Shown: positions 8,869-18,589, numbered from the stretch's first letter. The stretch is DNA of 21,593 nucleotides from Octopus sinensis (GCF_006345805.1 NW_021823714.1:1-21593), one strand, 5' to 3'. Numbers and translations: made by a program. The notes: generated from the sequence alone by a model not told the origin.

Positions 8869-10075
8869 CTGTGTGTATGTGTAGGTGTATGCGCATGTGT
8901 GTGTGGTGGCATGTGTGTGTATGGTAGCATGTGTGTGTGGCAGTAACTGAGTGTGTGTGTGTGTGGTAGAGGGTGTGTGTGGTAGTAATAATGTGTCTGT
9001 GTGGTGTGTGTAGCATTTACTATTTACATGTGTTTGTTTATGTGAGTGGTCTGGTGTGTCTGTTAATGTCGTAGTGAGAGATCAGCAGCTATGGTGGCAG
9101 GTGTTTGTATGGGTAGTTGTGTGTTTTTGCACGTGCGCGTAGATGGAATGGTCAGTAGTGAGTCGGTGCAGTTTGAAGGATGTTTGAGAAGCAGTTCGAA
9201 GGATATGTGAATGGGTGGGTGCCGAAGTGTGTGTGTATGTGTGTGTTGGTATGTGTACGTAGACAGAGTGGGAATGTGTGTATGTGTGTATGTGGACATG
9301 TGTATGGGTGCGTGTTTGTGTCCCACTCTTTGTGTCACTGTCTCTCTCTGCATATACATGTGTGTGTTCATGTATGCGTGTGGCGATGTGTGTATGTATG
9401 TGCGTGTGAGTAATTGTGAAAGTGTATGTATGTGTGTGTATGTATGTGTGTGCGTGTATGTGTGTGTTGTGTCTGTATGGAGGTGTAAGTGTGTCCATGT
9501 GTGTGTGTGCGTGCGTATAAGTATATGTGTGTGTATGTGCGTGGGATTGTGTGTGTGGAGGTATATGTGCATTCATGTGTGTATATGTTCGTGTGTGTAT
9601 GCCTGCCTGCCTGTGTGTGTACGTGTGTGAGAGGGAGATAGGGTTGAGGCTGAGTGTGGGTGCGTTGTCTGAAGGGTATGTGAATGGATGGCTGTGGTTG
9701 TGTGTGGGTGCGTGTGTTGGCATGCATGTGTTGGCCTGCATGTGTTGGCATGCGTGTGTTGGCATGTGTGCGTGGACGAAGTAAGAATGTGTATACATGT
9801 GTGTGTGCGCGTGTGTTTATGTTTGTGTGTCATTCTGACGCGCGTTCTCTCACTGTATAAGTGTGCGTGTACCTATCTCTGTGTGTCACTGTATTGCGTA
9901 TGTGTGTGGAAGTGTATGTACATGCGTGTATATGTGTGTATATGTGTGCATGTGTGTGCGTTGTATGTAGAGGGTTGTGTGTGTGGAGGTATGTGTGCAT
10001 TCGTGCGTGTATGGGGTTGTGTGTGCATGCGTGTTCGTGCGTAAGAGGGGAGCGGTGGTGGTATGTGGTGTGTCG
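8868..10075. repeat. ~1.2-kb degenerate (GT)n/(GTAT)n tract with internal higher-order duplications
   Basis: Alternating purine/pyrimidine throughout, with recurring non-simple words (see findings). Confidence 0.9.
9710..9765 (+). repeat. Four copies of the 14-mer GC(A/G)TGTGTTGGC(A/C)T
   Basis: Units at 9710-9723, 9724-9737, 9738-9751 and 9752-9765. Confidence 0.92.
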
Positions 10076-10164
10076 TATAGGAACAGGAGATAAAAAATTA
10101 ATACAAATAAGTAGAAATTGGTAAAATGAAGCCATGAAAGGAAAAGATTGTGTGAACAAATTAG

Positions 10165-10450
10165 TGACAGAAATTAATAAAAAATAGATACAATAATAAA
10201 ATAAAACATAAATGGAAAAAATTAAATGTAATAAAAACTAAATATGATTAAATATAATAAAAATTAAATAAAAAATAATAAATAATAAAATAAATAAAAA
10301 TTAAATATAATTAAAATAATAGATGGAAAGTAAAATAAAAAAAAAAAGGAAATAATAGATAGATAAAATAAAAGGATCAAAATAAACAAGTATAACAGTA
10401 ACAGAAGTAAAGGAATAAAAAAAATGAATAAAAAATGAATAAATGAATGA
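10165..10450. repeat. A-rich low-complexity tract (AAT/AAAT-like)
   Basis: Read directly. Confidence 0.85.
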
Positions 10451-10658
10451 TACACAATCAAAAGTGCAGAAACGACGTATGCGAAGGAATTTATAGATAA
10501 TGTGATCCAAGGGCAGAGTAAGAAAATTCATGAATAAGGTACTCCAAATCAGTCCGATTGAGCGTGCAGTAAATAGTCAATTCAAATAAATAATCAATTC
10601 AAATAAACGAGTAAAATTAAGGGACAACAAGAGGACGTGCTCAAGAAATGTCTTAGCT

Positions 10659-10775
10659 TGACGCTCGGTGAAAAAAGAGAGAGTTTGACGTTTCGAGCAT
10701 AGCTTTCATCGGAAAGGAAAAAAGGAAAAGTTCAAAGAAAGAAACGAAATCGCCAAAAGTACATTTGTAGTTACA
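10659..10775 (-). mobile_element. PLE-type terminal-repeat fragment (copy B) carrying a hammerhead-like motif
   Basis: Aligns by eye with 8655-8791 on both sides of the hammerhead motif. Confidence 0.6.
10683..10716 (-). ncRNA. Minimal type-I hammerhead ribozyme-like motif, copy B
   Basis: Minus strand reads CTTT CCGATGA A AGC TAT GCT C GAA ACGT C AAAC: stem I TTT/AAA, core CCGAUGA, stem II AGC/GCT (probably from GAGC/GCTC by loss of one G), ACGT palindrome, predicted cleavage after GUC. Confidence 0.65.
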
Positions 10776-10824
10776 GTACTTTGGCCACAATAATTATAAC
10801 TAATGATAATGTATTGAAAACATG

Positions 10825-10900
10825 CCAAAGTATCAGACTCTGTTAGCACAAACCTATGAAAAATTCCTTACGGTACGTCGACAGTTATGTCGAAAAGTCA
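10825..10900 (+). mobile_element. Possible mariner transposase C-terminal remnant
   Basis: YEKFLTVR then, after a frameshift, DSYVEK (10855-10897) resembles the mariner ending YDKCL..GGDYVEK. Short and degraded. Confidence 0.3.
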
Positions 10901-11199
10901 CATCACCTCGTTATAGCTTTTTCCTCAGCATACATATCCTATGCGTGAGTATTGTTTCACATTATTTAATAAACTTTAAGAAACTTTTTTTCATTGTCAA
11001 AATGACAAATTCTCCCAGAAAGATGAAAGAAATTTTGAACTTCCATTCGCCTGACATCTCTTTGCAGTGAGTAGATGACTACAAAATCATAGCAGATTAT
11101 CGCTGGTACATAAAACATCACAACCAGAATTGCTTGTTTTACATTCTATATTGTAATTTTCTTGACCAAAATATAAGCAACTATATGGATAATCTGAAA

Positions 11200-11510
11200 C
11201 AGAAGTTCTCAGCCATTTTTTATCCATGGACCCCTTTAATTACTATTTTATTCTGTGGACCCCTTTAGCCATTCGATGCTAAAAAAAACTAGCTTTATAA
11301 AAACTTCATTCAAAATTCCTATTTTGTTTTTCAAACATTCACTTGTTTACTATATGAAATGTTAGAGAAAGAAACCTGGCTGTTTCTTGCAATATATACC
11401 AATACATACGTCTAGAGGAAAATTTTTTCAAGGGCTCATAAAATGCTATTCTGGATCTTCAATTTACTATTTTGTTATGTGGACTCCGAAAATCTTATAT
11501 GGATCGTCTA
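11200..11510 (+). mobile_element. hAT-like MITE fragment
   Basis: Starts cagaagttctcagcc (compare the CAGGGGTTCTCAACC-type hAT terminus) with subterminal tggacccc motifs twice near the start and tggactcc near 11481. No right TIR. Confidence 0.45.
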
Positions 11511-11820
11511 AAAGAAGATAAAGCTGAGGTACGGTAGTCCGATAACATGGTTTATTTATGAAAAATTTATGGCTTCATATTTATGTCTTGTATGAGGATC
11601 ATTATAGCAAAAATAAATGCACACACTGGTTCTATTTCACTTCTTTAATTCTTTTTATTTTTAAATTGGTTAAGTATTTAACCAATTAACTAATCGATTC
11701 TTTAATTAATCGTTCGGTCAATCAATAAGTCAAATTTCTCTGTTCTTTCATCGCCTGAAGTATATCTGGAGTAGAGAAGGAATGTAACTGGTGAGATCAT
11801 GATGAGTGAGCGTGCGAGCG

Positions 11821-11822
<2 letters not shown>

Positions 11823-11890
<68 letters not shown>

Positions 11891-11902
11891 AAGAGAGAGA
11901 GA

Positions 11903-11933
<31 letters not shown>

Positions 11934-11945
11934 GACAGAGAGAGT
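11823..11945. repeat. (GA)n/(GACA)n microsatellite
   Basis: Read directly. Confidence 0.96.
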
Positions 11946-12900
11946 GGGAGAAACGCGGAGTAGACGAAACAGGGACAAGCGAAGAAGGGGAATATTCCTT
12001 GTGTTGTATGTCTTGTACTCTGTTTTTTCGTTATTTGTAAAAAAAAAGATCGTTTCCATGTTTTTGTTTTTGTGTTTTCGTTACTCATTGTGTTCAACTT
12101 TTTTTTTTATGTCCTGTACCCATATATGCATGTATATATACATATAGATGTCGGTATGTACATATATGTATATATGCATATATTTATATATTATTCATAT
12201 TATTATATATATAGCTATTTACGCAAAATATCTCATTCTGCATACTAAATAACTACAGAAATGTACAGAAGCATTTCACACATGTATAACAGAGGGTTGA
12301 AGACTTTCGATCAACTAAGATTTCCCAAGCAAGTAACTGACAAAAACTCCCAGGCGAACCTTGTGAATCAGAGTGGCGGTTCCAGCGCCCCTACCTCCTC
12401 ATCTTCTGGGCAACGCTTTTTCCATTTTGTCTGTTGGGATCATCAGGCGGTCTGACATATAAACGAAATAGACTTAAATGAACTTTTGAATACAGACAAA
12501 ACAAAACGAATCTACTCTAGGAAAAACAATACTTATTTGTATTAATAGTGGCTGTTATATGCAAAATATATTGTTTAAATTACACAACGGAAAGGTAAGA
12601 ACAACTATTGGAATGATAAAACAAAACGGAATAAACGAACTTAAAACTCCCTCTGGATAGAAGCATAAATAATAGACATATGCACAAACCTACACACAAG
12701 CATTCGTTCTTTCACACATATACATACATTCATACATGCATACAGACACGCGCGCGCGTGCAGTTTAAAGATATATACTTATGTTCGTACGTATATTTAC
12801 GCTTACATATAAGCATACGTTGGTAGATAGATAGATAAATTGAGGGAGTAATGGATGTTTAAATAGTAAATTGGATAGAAAGATAGATAGATAGATAGAT

Positions 12901-13538
12901 AAGTTTCTTTATTGGCCACACAGGGCTGCACACAGATGGGACAAGTTACAAGGTAGAGCTTTTCTTTTGGGGGATGAAGAGAACAAAAACAAAAGAAAAA
13001 AAGGGGGTGGTGTAGGTTTTCGATCAAGAGGGATCGTAAAAGGGAAGAAAAGAACAAAAACAAAAACAAAAAAAAAATTGAATAAAATAAAAAGAATAAA
13101 AAGAAAAAAAAGAAAAGGAAAAGGAACAAAAGGAAAGAGAAATGAAAAAAGAAGAAAAAAGGGGAAAAAAGGGGGAAGAGGAAAAAAAAAGAACGATCAA
13201 TAGGGATCGTGTATCACAGTGTTATGATATATGGTGTAAAGGGGAAAGCAAGTAAGGTTTATCCGTGGGAAGAAAAGCCTACGAAAAAGACCACGGTAAC
13301 CTTGGTCAATATTGTTATATGTTACCACATTTGTTTGCAAGTGGGTAACCCTCTGTTTTCAATTTCTGGGTTCATAGGATTATGCTCAAGGTGGCTTCGT
13401 CATTCATACGTGCCATCCTTGCTACATTCACCCATCTTTTTTTAAAACATTCGCTAGACAAAACTTGCCTCTCTACTCTCACTTTCCTTTTCAAGTGGTA
13501 CTTGAAGAAGTTGATGAGAGATTGACCAGAGAGGAAAA
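12901..13538 (-). mobile_element. 5'-truncated L1/Tx1-like LINE 3' end, embedded in (GATA)n
   Basis: Minus-strand frame FLSGQSLINFFKYHLKRKVRVERQVLSSECFKKRWVNVARMARMNDEATLSIIL* (stop 13372-13374) resembles Tx1/L1 ORF2 endings (F..RW). It is followed by a ~470-bp 3' UTR with a pyrimidine-rich tract, AATAAA at 12908-12913 (minus strand), then (TCTA)n. (GATA)n lies on both sides. Confidence 0.65.
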
Positions 13539-13551
13539 TAGATAGACAGAC

Positions 13552-13648
<97 letters not shown>
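13539..13648. repeat. (GATA)n microsatellite
   Basis: Read directly. Confidence 0.97.
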
Positions 13649-13649
<1 letters not shown>

Positions 13650-14498
13650 AAAAGCAGAGAAAATAAGAAGTGAAGCACAACACTAAAAACCAGAAGGAAT
13701 GAAGCTTTGGATTGCAATCAGTGAAGCAAACGGTTGGAAATGTGTGGACACAAATAAGCAGCATCTCATGTCGAAGCGGTCAGTTTTGCAATTAAAGCTA
13801 TTAAGTTTATCGACTGACTTTCTCTGAAGCTCTGTCAGTTAAGATATCTCTGTTGTCCATTTTGTTTTCCACATGGTTGATTCGGTCAATTCCAGAGTAA
13901 ACATTACTTCTTTCTCTTCTTATAAGTTTATTTATTTATTTATTTATTTATTTATTATACATTTTATGACTTTAGTTGAGATTTTTTGTTTGCTTGTCTT
14001 TTCGTCGTTTTTGAGTTTTTTTTTTTTTTTTTTTTTTGCTTCAGGTCATTTCTGGTCAAGTAAACCTATCCTTACCGTGATAATCCTGTCGTGTTCTGTG
14101 TATTCCAAATTTTAGACCGGTAGATTTAATTCGTCGCCTGGTTTCCCATCATCGCTTGGCTTCTTGAATGCCATTAGATGTGTCTTCTATGTTGCAAACA
14201 TTCAAACACGCTCTCGCCTTTGCGGATACCTTCCTCTTTCCTTCCGTCAAGGGAGAGAGCTCAAGGGATCCTTTAAAGTGTCATGGGCACTGCCTTCTTT
14301 CTTGACAATAAGATAAGAAAATAATATCAATTATTATGTTGGATTTTCTTTAAAAAAAAAAAATGATGGTAGGGAGTTTCGAATTAGATGTGGCCGCTTA
14401 TTCTAGCTGGTCGGTCGAGCACGTAGATGTATAACGAGTGTTGTTGTTGTTGCTATTTAACTTCAAGTTGACTCTGATCGACAGATATATTCATTTAT

Positions 14499-14828
14499 TC
14501 TTTTACTTGTTTCAGTCATTTATCTGCGGCTATGCTGGAGCGCCACCTGGAAGGGTTTTTGGTCGAACAAATTGACCCCAGGACTTATTCTTTGTAAGCA
14601 TAGTACTTATTCTATTGGTCCCGTTTGCTGAACCGCTAAGTTACGGGGACCTAAATACATCAACATCGGTTATCAAGCTTCTTTCAGTTTCCGTATACTA
14701 AATCCACTCACAAGGGTTTGATCGGCCCGAGGCTATAGTAGAAGAAACTTGCCTAAGGTGCCACGCAATAGGACTGAACCTGGAATTGCGTGGTTGTGAA
14801 GCAAGCTTCTTACCACACAGCCACGCCT
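14499..14828 (-). mobile_element. tRNA-derived CORE-like SINE, second copy, lacking the internal microsatellite
   Basis: Colinear with 5586-5996: tail ttgtttcagtcattt, gaccccaggact, aaatccactcacaagg, ctatagtagaaga, B box (plus-strand ggactgaacc) and head accacacagccacgcct. Confidence 0.85.
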
Positions 14829-14844
14829 GCACTATTTGTTAAAT

Positions 14845-15005
14845 GGTTTTTCAGCCATGACCATCGCGTCTTTTTCCTGAACACAAGGAACCCATATCCA
14901 CATTATCTGATATGGTCTGTATTGTGGAATATGTCCTTCTTTTCTAAGACGGCAGATGTTATTTGAAAAAAGAGTTGACTGCTATTTGTCGAAGGTCGGG
15001 CAGTC
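14845..15005 (-). repeat. Degenerate copy of the gctagaaatagcagcc-type dispersed repeat
   Basis: The reverse complement reads ...acaaatagcagtcaactcttttttcaaataacatctgccgtcttagaaaagaaggacatatt...gcgatggtcatggctg, related to 5350-5410 and 17130-17250. Confidence 0.45.
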
Positions 15006-15099
15006 GTGTAGGCGTTACGTTGGCTTGAATCATAGTGAGTCAAGTCACGTAAAACTCCTTGGTGTTGAAATACGAATAAATAAATAAAAAGGTTATGAA

Positions 15100-15390
15100 T
15101 TATGATATGAAATGGGAGATTAAAATATAGTTGTCATGGAGGGTGAGTGTCGTACTTGTTGTAGCTTTGAGAGCTATAAGTATGAAGCTCAAAACTGGAT
15201 TCAAAAGATAGGCATAAACGTATAGATAGAATTACCTATAAAAAACGGTATTGCTTGGAACTGCATGAATCCTCTGCGAATTTCTCGAAATCAGAACGAA
15301 GTATGCAACCTTCGTCCACTGGTTGTGGACAGCTGACACTGCGTTACCTATCCCAGCGAAGATGCTGTATTAAACAACTATAAAACAGTA
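15100..15390 (+). mobile_element. R4/Dong-like (restriction-like endonuclease) LINE 3' remnant, element 1
   Basis: Across frameshifts: KWEIKI*LSWRVSVVLVVALRAISMKLK...KTVLLGTA*ILCEFLEI, matching the conserved end EI..LW...V.VVPVVVGALG.I...QK..LLGTA.ILR..L. Confidence 0.7.
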
Positions 15391-15458
15391 ACAACAGCAG
15401 CAGCAACAGCAGCAGCAACAACAACAACAACAACAACAACAATAATAATAATAACAAT
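15390..15458. repeat. Compound (CAG)n/(CAA)n/(AAT)n trinucleotide tract
   Basis: Read directly. Confidence 0.95.
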
Positions 15459-15459
15459 A

Positions 15460-15868
15460 TGGACCAAAGTGGGACTTTGACTTCCAAAGAGACATAGTAA
15501 CCTTTAGGATGGACAAACAAGAATGCCTAATAATCGATGTCGCAGTTCCAGGAGATCAACATATTATCATGAAAGAAAGAGAAAAGATCGATAAATATGG
15601 AGACCCGAGAATTGAGATCGCCAAGATGTGGCAGCTACGGAGCATTGGGTTCAATACTACCCAGCCTGAAGAAACATTTGGAAACTTTAGAAATACCCTA
15701 CAATCTAGGTGTAATTTAAAAATCAGCATTACTTGGAACTGCATGCATATCGCATAAAGTATTGTCTGTCTGAGGTCCTTGTTGTGATTTGACAGACAGT
15801 ACAAACTCCTGGTAGACACAATATCTTCAATCAACAACATCACGATATTGGATGCCGTATGACGTTTA
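15460..15868 (+). mobile_element. R4/Dong-like LINE 3' remnant, element 2, containing the REL endonuclease domain
   Basis: The frame from 15470 reads WDFDFQRDIVTFRMDKQECLIIDVAVPGDQHIIMKEREKIDKYGDPRIEIAKMW (PD-(D/E)xK-type motifs WDF, [P]DIV, IIDVAVP, KE.EK..KY). After a frameshift comes KSALLGTACISHKVLSV* (stop 15771-15773), a short UTR and an (AAT)-rich tail. Confidence 0.85.
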
Positions 15869-15900
15869 AATAATAACAATAATAATACTAATAATTGCTT

Positions 15901-16330
15901 GAAATTTTGGCACAAGGCCAGCAGTTTCAGAGGCAAGTCAATTACATCAACCCCAGTGATCAACTGGTAATTATTTTATCTAACAGTTCTGCATGTCCAT
16001 TGTTCTTTAGACCGATTTTGTCAATCTACCGAACGACTCTGATACTTGATTTAGTCGAGCCTCAGAAGGATGAAAGTCGACGATGGTGACGTCGGCAGGA
16101 TTTGAACCCTAAACATAATGAGCTTGAGCAAATACTCGCAAGGTATTTATTTTTCTACGCTCTCACGCTTCTGCCGATCCACTAGCCTGGACTGATACTT
16201 TATTTTATCGGCCCTCAAAAGGATGAAAGGTAAAATTGACCACGGAGGAACTTGAACCCAAAACGCAGAAGACTAGAACAAATACCACAAGACATTGTTT
16301 TTCTTATGTCTCTTAATTCACTTCGATTAC
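15901..16330 (-). mobile_element. Cluster of at least three degenerate pieces of the second tRNA-SINE family (same family as 21125-21544)
   Basis: aattacatcaaccccagtgatcaactggtaattattttatc (about 15940-15980); B boxes on the minus strand at 16098-16108 (ggatttgaacc) and 16247-16258 (ggaacttgaacc), each with a ggatgaaag motif. Confidence 0.7.
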
Positions 16331-16802
16331 CATTGCAGGCGGCGAATTGACAGAGCCATTGAAGCCTACTAAACATCAAGAACGCCAGCAATTTCTAACA
16401 TAACTCCATTAATCCCTGTATTGGGTTACATATCCATTAATATTAAGTTCAACAGAAAAGCAACTTTCACGCTTCGGTGAAGACCACGTTGACTGATTCA
16501 GTCATCACCAAAACCTACAAACCAACGAAGGAGCGCCTAAGAGGTCGCTCGTCTTGCAGGAAATATCAGCGAAATACATTTTAGTGTCTTAATAAATTGA
16601 AGGACTCATCGGATAATGCAATCTCAGATACACTCACTATGCTTTGGAGAAAAATGAGATGGCCACGCGTGCAACATCTTTGAAGATAGCCCTAACTTTG
16701 AGCTAATGAACAACAGCAGCAACAACAGGAATACGAGAACGGATTGACCGTGGTGAATCTACTTCTTGCACGGACTATCACATTTTACTCTATAGAATAA
16801 AC

Positions 16803-17001
16803 CAGTAGTTGCCAACCTGGGGTCTGCAATGGTAGAACTGGGGCTCCGTACACTAAATTCAAAATTTCATGTCTCTGTGTGTATGTGTGTGATTGCGGGT
16901 GTGTGTGTGTGTGTGTGTGTGTGAGGATAAACATATTAAAAGGGATCCGCGGGAAAGCTCATTTTAATAGAAGGGTTGAGAACCACTCTTGGGAACCACT
17001 G
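16803..17001. mobile_element. hAT-family MITE (199 bp) with an internal (TG)n and an 8-bp TSD
   Basis: Left end cagtagttgccaacc; right end ttgggaaccactg (reverse complement cagtggttcccaa). Flanks GAATAAAC (16795-16802) and GAAAAAAC (17002-17009) match 7/8. Confidence 0.8.
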
Positions 17002-17119
17002 GAAAAAACCTCTGCTTGAGTGCGATGTTCCTCAAAAAGATGGATCTATTTGGAGCTATGGATTTGTGAATCGCATCGAGTTGTTCAACTGACCATCTAC
17101 GAGCTAATTATGCAGTCAC

Positions 17120-17290
17120 TGAACGACCTAGAAATAGCAACTATGTCTCCTTTAAATCACGCCTTGCCGTCGTGGAGGTTTACATTAGCCCTGGATACAT
17201 TACGTCCTGAATAAACGATGTGACAGTCGTAGCTGGAATGTCTTCCCTCATAGATCTGAAGTTCACTCAGGCTGACCCGAGGCGACTATT
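17120..17290 (+). repeat. Degenerate copy of the gctagaaatagcagcc-type dispersed repeat
   Basis: cctagaaatagcaactatgtctcctttaaatcacgccttgccgtc...gctggaatgtctt...caggctgacccgagg. Confidence 0.45.
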
Positions 17291-17744
17291 TATGTTTCCC
17301 TGGCCGTCTTGGTTAGCACCGACCTGGACTAACCAACAATATCAACATTATCAACGATGTCGGCAACAATGACAACAACAACAGTGATGAGTCCTTTCAA
17401 ATGTGTGGTGCCTGTTTACAGCCACGTAGACTGTAGTTTATTTGTTTTTACCCCCAGGTTACCAACTACCTCTTTCCCTCAGTTAGCTGGTAGTCCTGTA
17501 TCTTCTTGACTCAGTCATTCATTTGACAGAAACACTCTAAGCTCTAGCAATTCACATTAATAAATATGAATGTACCATATAATTAGATCTGTTGTAAAAT
17601 GCATTGTAGGATACCAAAATTTTAAAACTCAATACAGCAAGGATTTTTACTGAGACCTATTTAATTTCCTCTTCTTATTTTCTCCTTATCCCCCTCTTGC
17701 GAACTGTAGAATCATTAGAGATTCGCCTCAAATATTTTGCAGGT

Positions 17745-17850
17745 GTTTGCTTCCGTTCCTTGCGTTTTGAGTTTAAATCCCACCGATGAGACTTTACCTT
17801 CCATCCTTTTAAAACTGATGATTATTTTACCGGTCCGGAGCGATGGATCA
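17745..17850 (+). mobile_element. Old SINE fragment (second family)
   Basis: gttttgagtttaaatcccaccgatgagactttaccttccatcctttt parallels gttctgagttcaaattccgccgaggtcgactttgcctttcatcctttc at 21376 onward. Confidence 0.55.
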
Positions 17851-18194
17851 GATGAATTGTTAAAGTGCCGAATAGGGTTCTCTCTTATATTAGTCAAGCT
17901 GGAATACAGTAGTAGCAGGGCGATGGGGTAGTCCGCCGACGACGAGGCTTTTATGAGGACGGCACTTGTGAGCCTGCTCTGTAAGCCTGTGAAGGCTTTG
18001 GGGCCCGAGAGCGGCGGAAAACGCAAAAGCCTCCCCGAGTGGCACACATTGTGCTGGACTTATCTGTTGAGGACCAAGAATATTAGAAATGAATACACAC
18101 TGTGTAAGACCGATCAGAGAATACAGACTTGCAAATTAGTCCTCGACTCCTTAGATTTAGAAGTGGAAAAGAGAGCTATTGCGTTTACACTTTT

Positions 18195-18305
18195 CCGCAC
18201 AATTTCAGTCAATCAAATTCGTTCTCAAGGTATTGGTTATAGAAGACATTTGCCTAAAATATTGCGCAATGGCGATGAACCCAACACGATGCAGCTGCGA
18301 CGGTG
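18195..18305 (-). mobile_element. Old CORE-like SINE fragment
   Basis: ctcaaggtattggtt...atagaagacatttgcctaaaatattgcgcaatggcgatgaaccc parallels cacaaggctttggtc...tagaagacacttgcccaaggtgctacgcagtgggattgaaccc at 5871-5943. Confidence 0.55.
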
Positions 18306-18344
18306 CCTGTATATATTTATATATGCATGTACATGTATGCATGT

Positions 18345-18437
18345 ACATGTATGTATGTATGTATGTATGTATGTATGTATGTATGTATGTATGTATGTAT
18401 GTATGTATGTATGTATGTACGTATGTATGTATGTATG
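18345..18437. repeat. (TATG)n microsatellite
   Basis: Read directly. Confidence 0.96.
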
Positions 18438-18584
18438 CATCTATCTGTCTAACTGTGTGTTTGTCTGTATGAGTAAGGTTGTGAACCGGATTTGATAACT
18501 CTGAGTGCAATTATGATATATAGACGGAAATATATTACACATTGAGTAATTAATAGTCGTTATTTGTCACGCAGTCAAAGTATA

Positions 18585-18589
18585 GATAA

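Noticed and set aside
9063-10159. Long His/Thr- and Val/Cys-rich ORFs of up to 238 aa
   Set aside because: These result from the degenerate (GT)n tract, are open on both strands, and show no recognisable domain.
11761-11790. 30-nt plus-strand micro-exon (ISGVEKECN) between an AG and gtgaga
   Set aside because: It is too short to distinguish from chance, and equally good minus-strand acceptors overlap it.
12405-12452. CTGATGA on the minus strand (12440-12446) as a hammerhead core
   Set aside because: No stem II closes directly onto GAAA, and there is no stem III-UH or stem I partner.
14020-14115. Plus-strand exon after the poly-T acceptor at about 14044 (GHFWSSKPILTVIILSCSVYSKF*)
   Set aside because: The acceptor strength comes from a simple poly-T run, all three frames stop within 75 nt, and there is no independent support.
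17953-18495. 180-aa plus-strand ORF
   Set aside because: It is a chimera of a unique island, a reverse SINE fragment and (TATG)n, so it is not a coherent gene.
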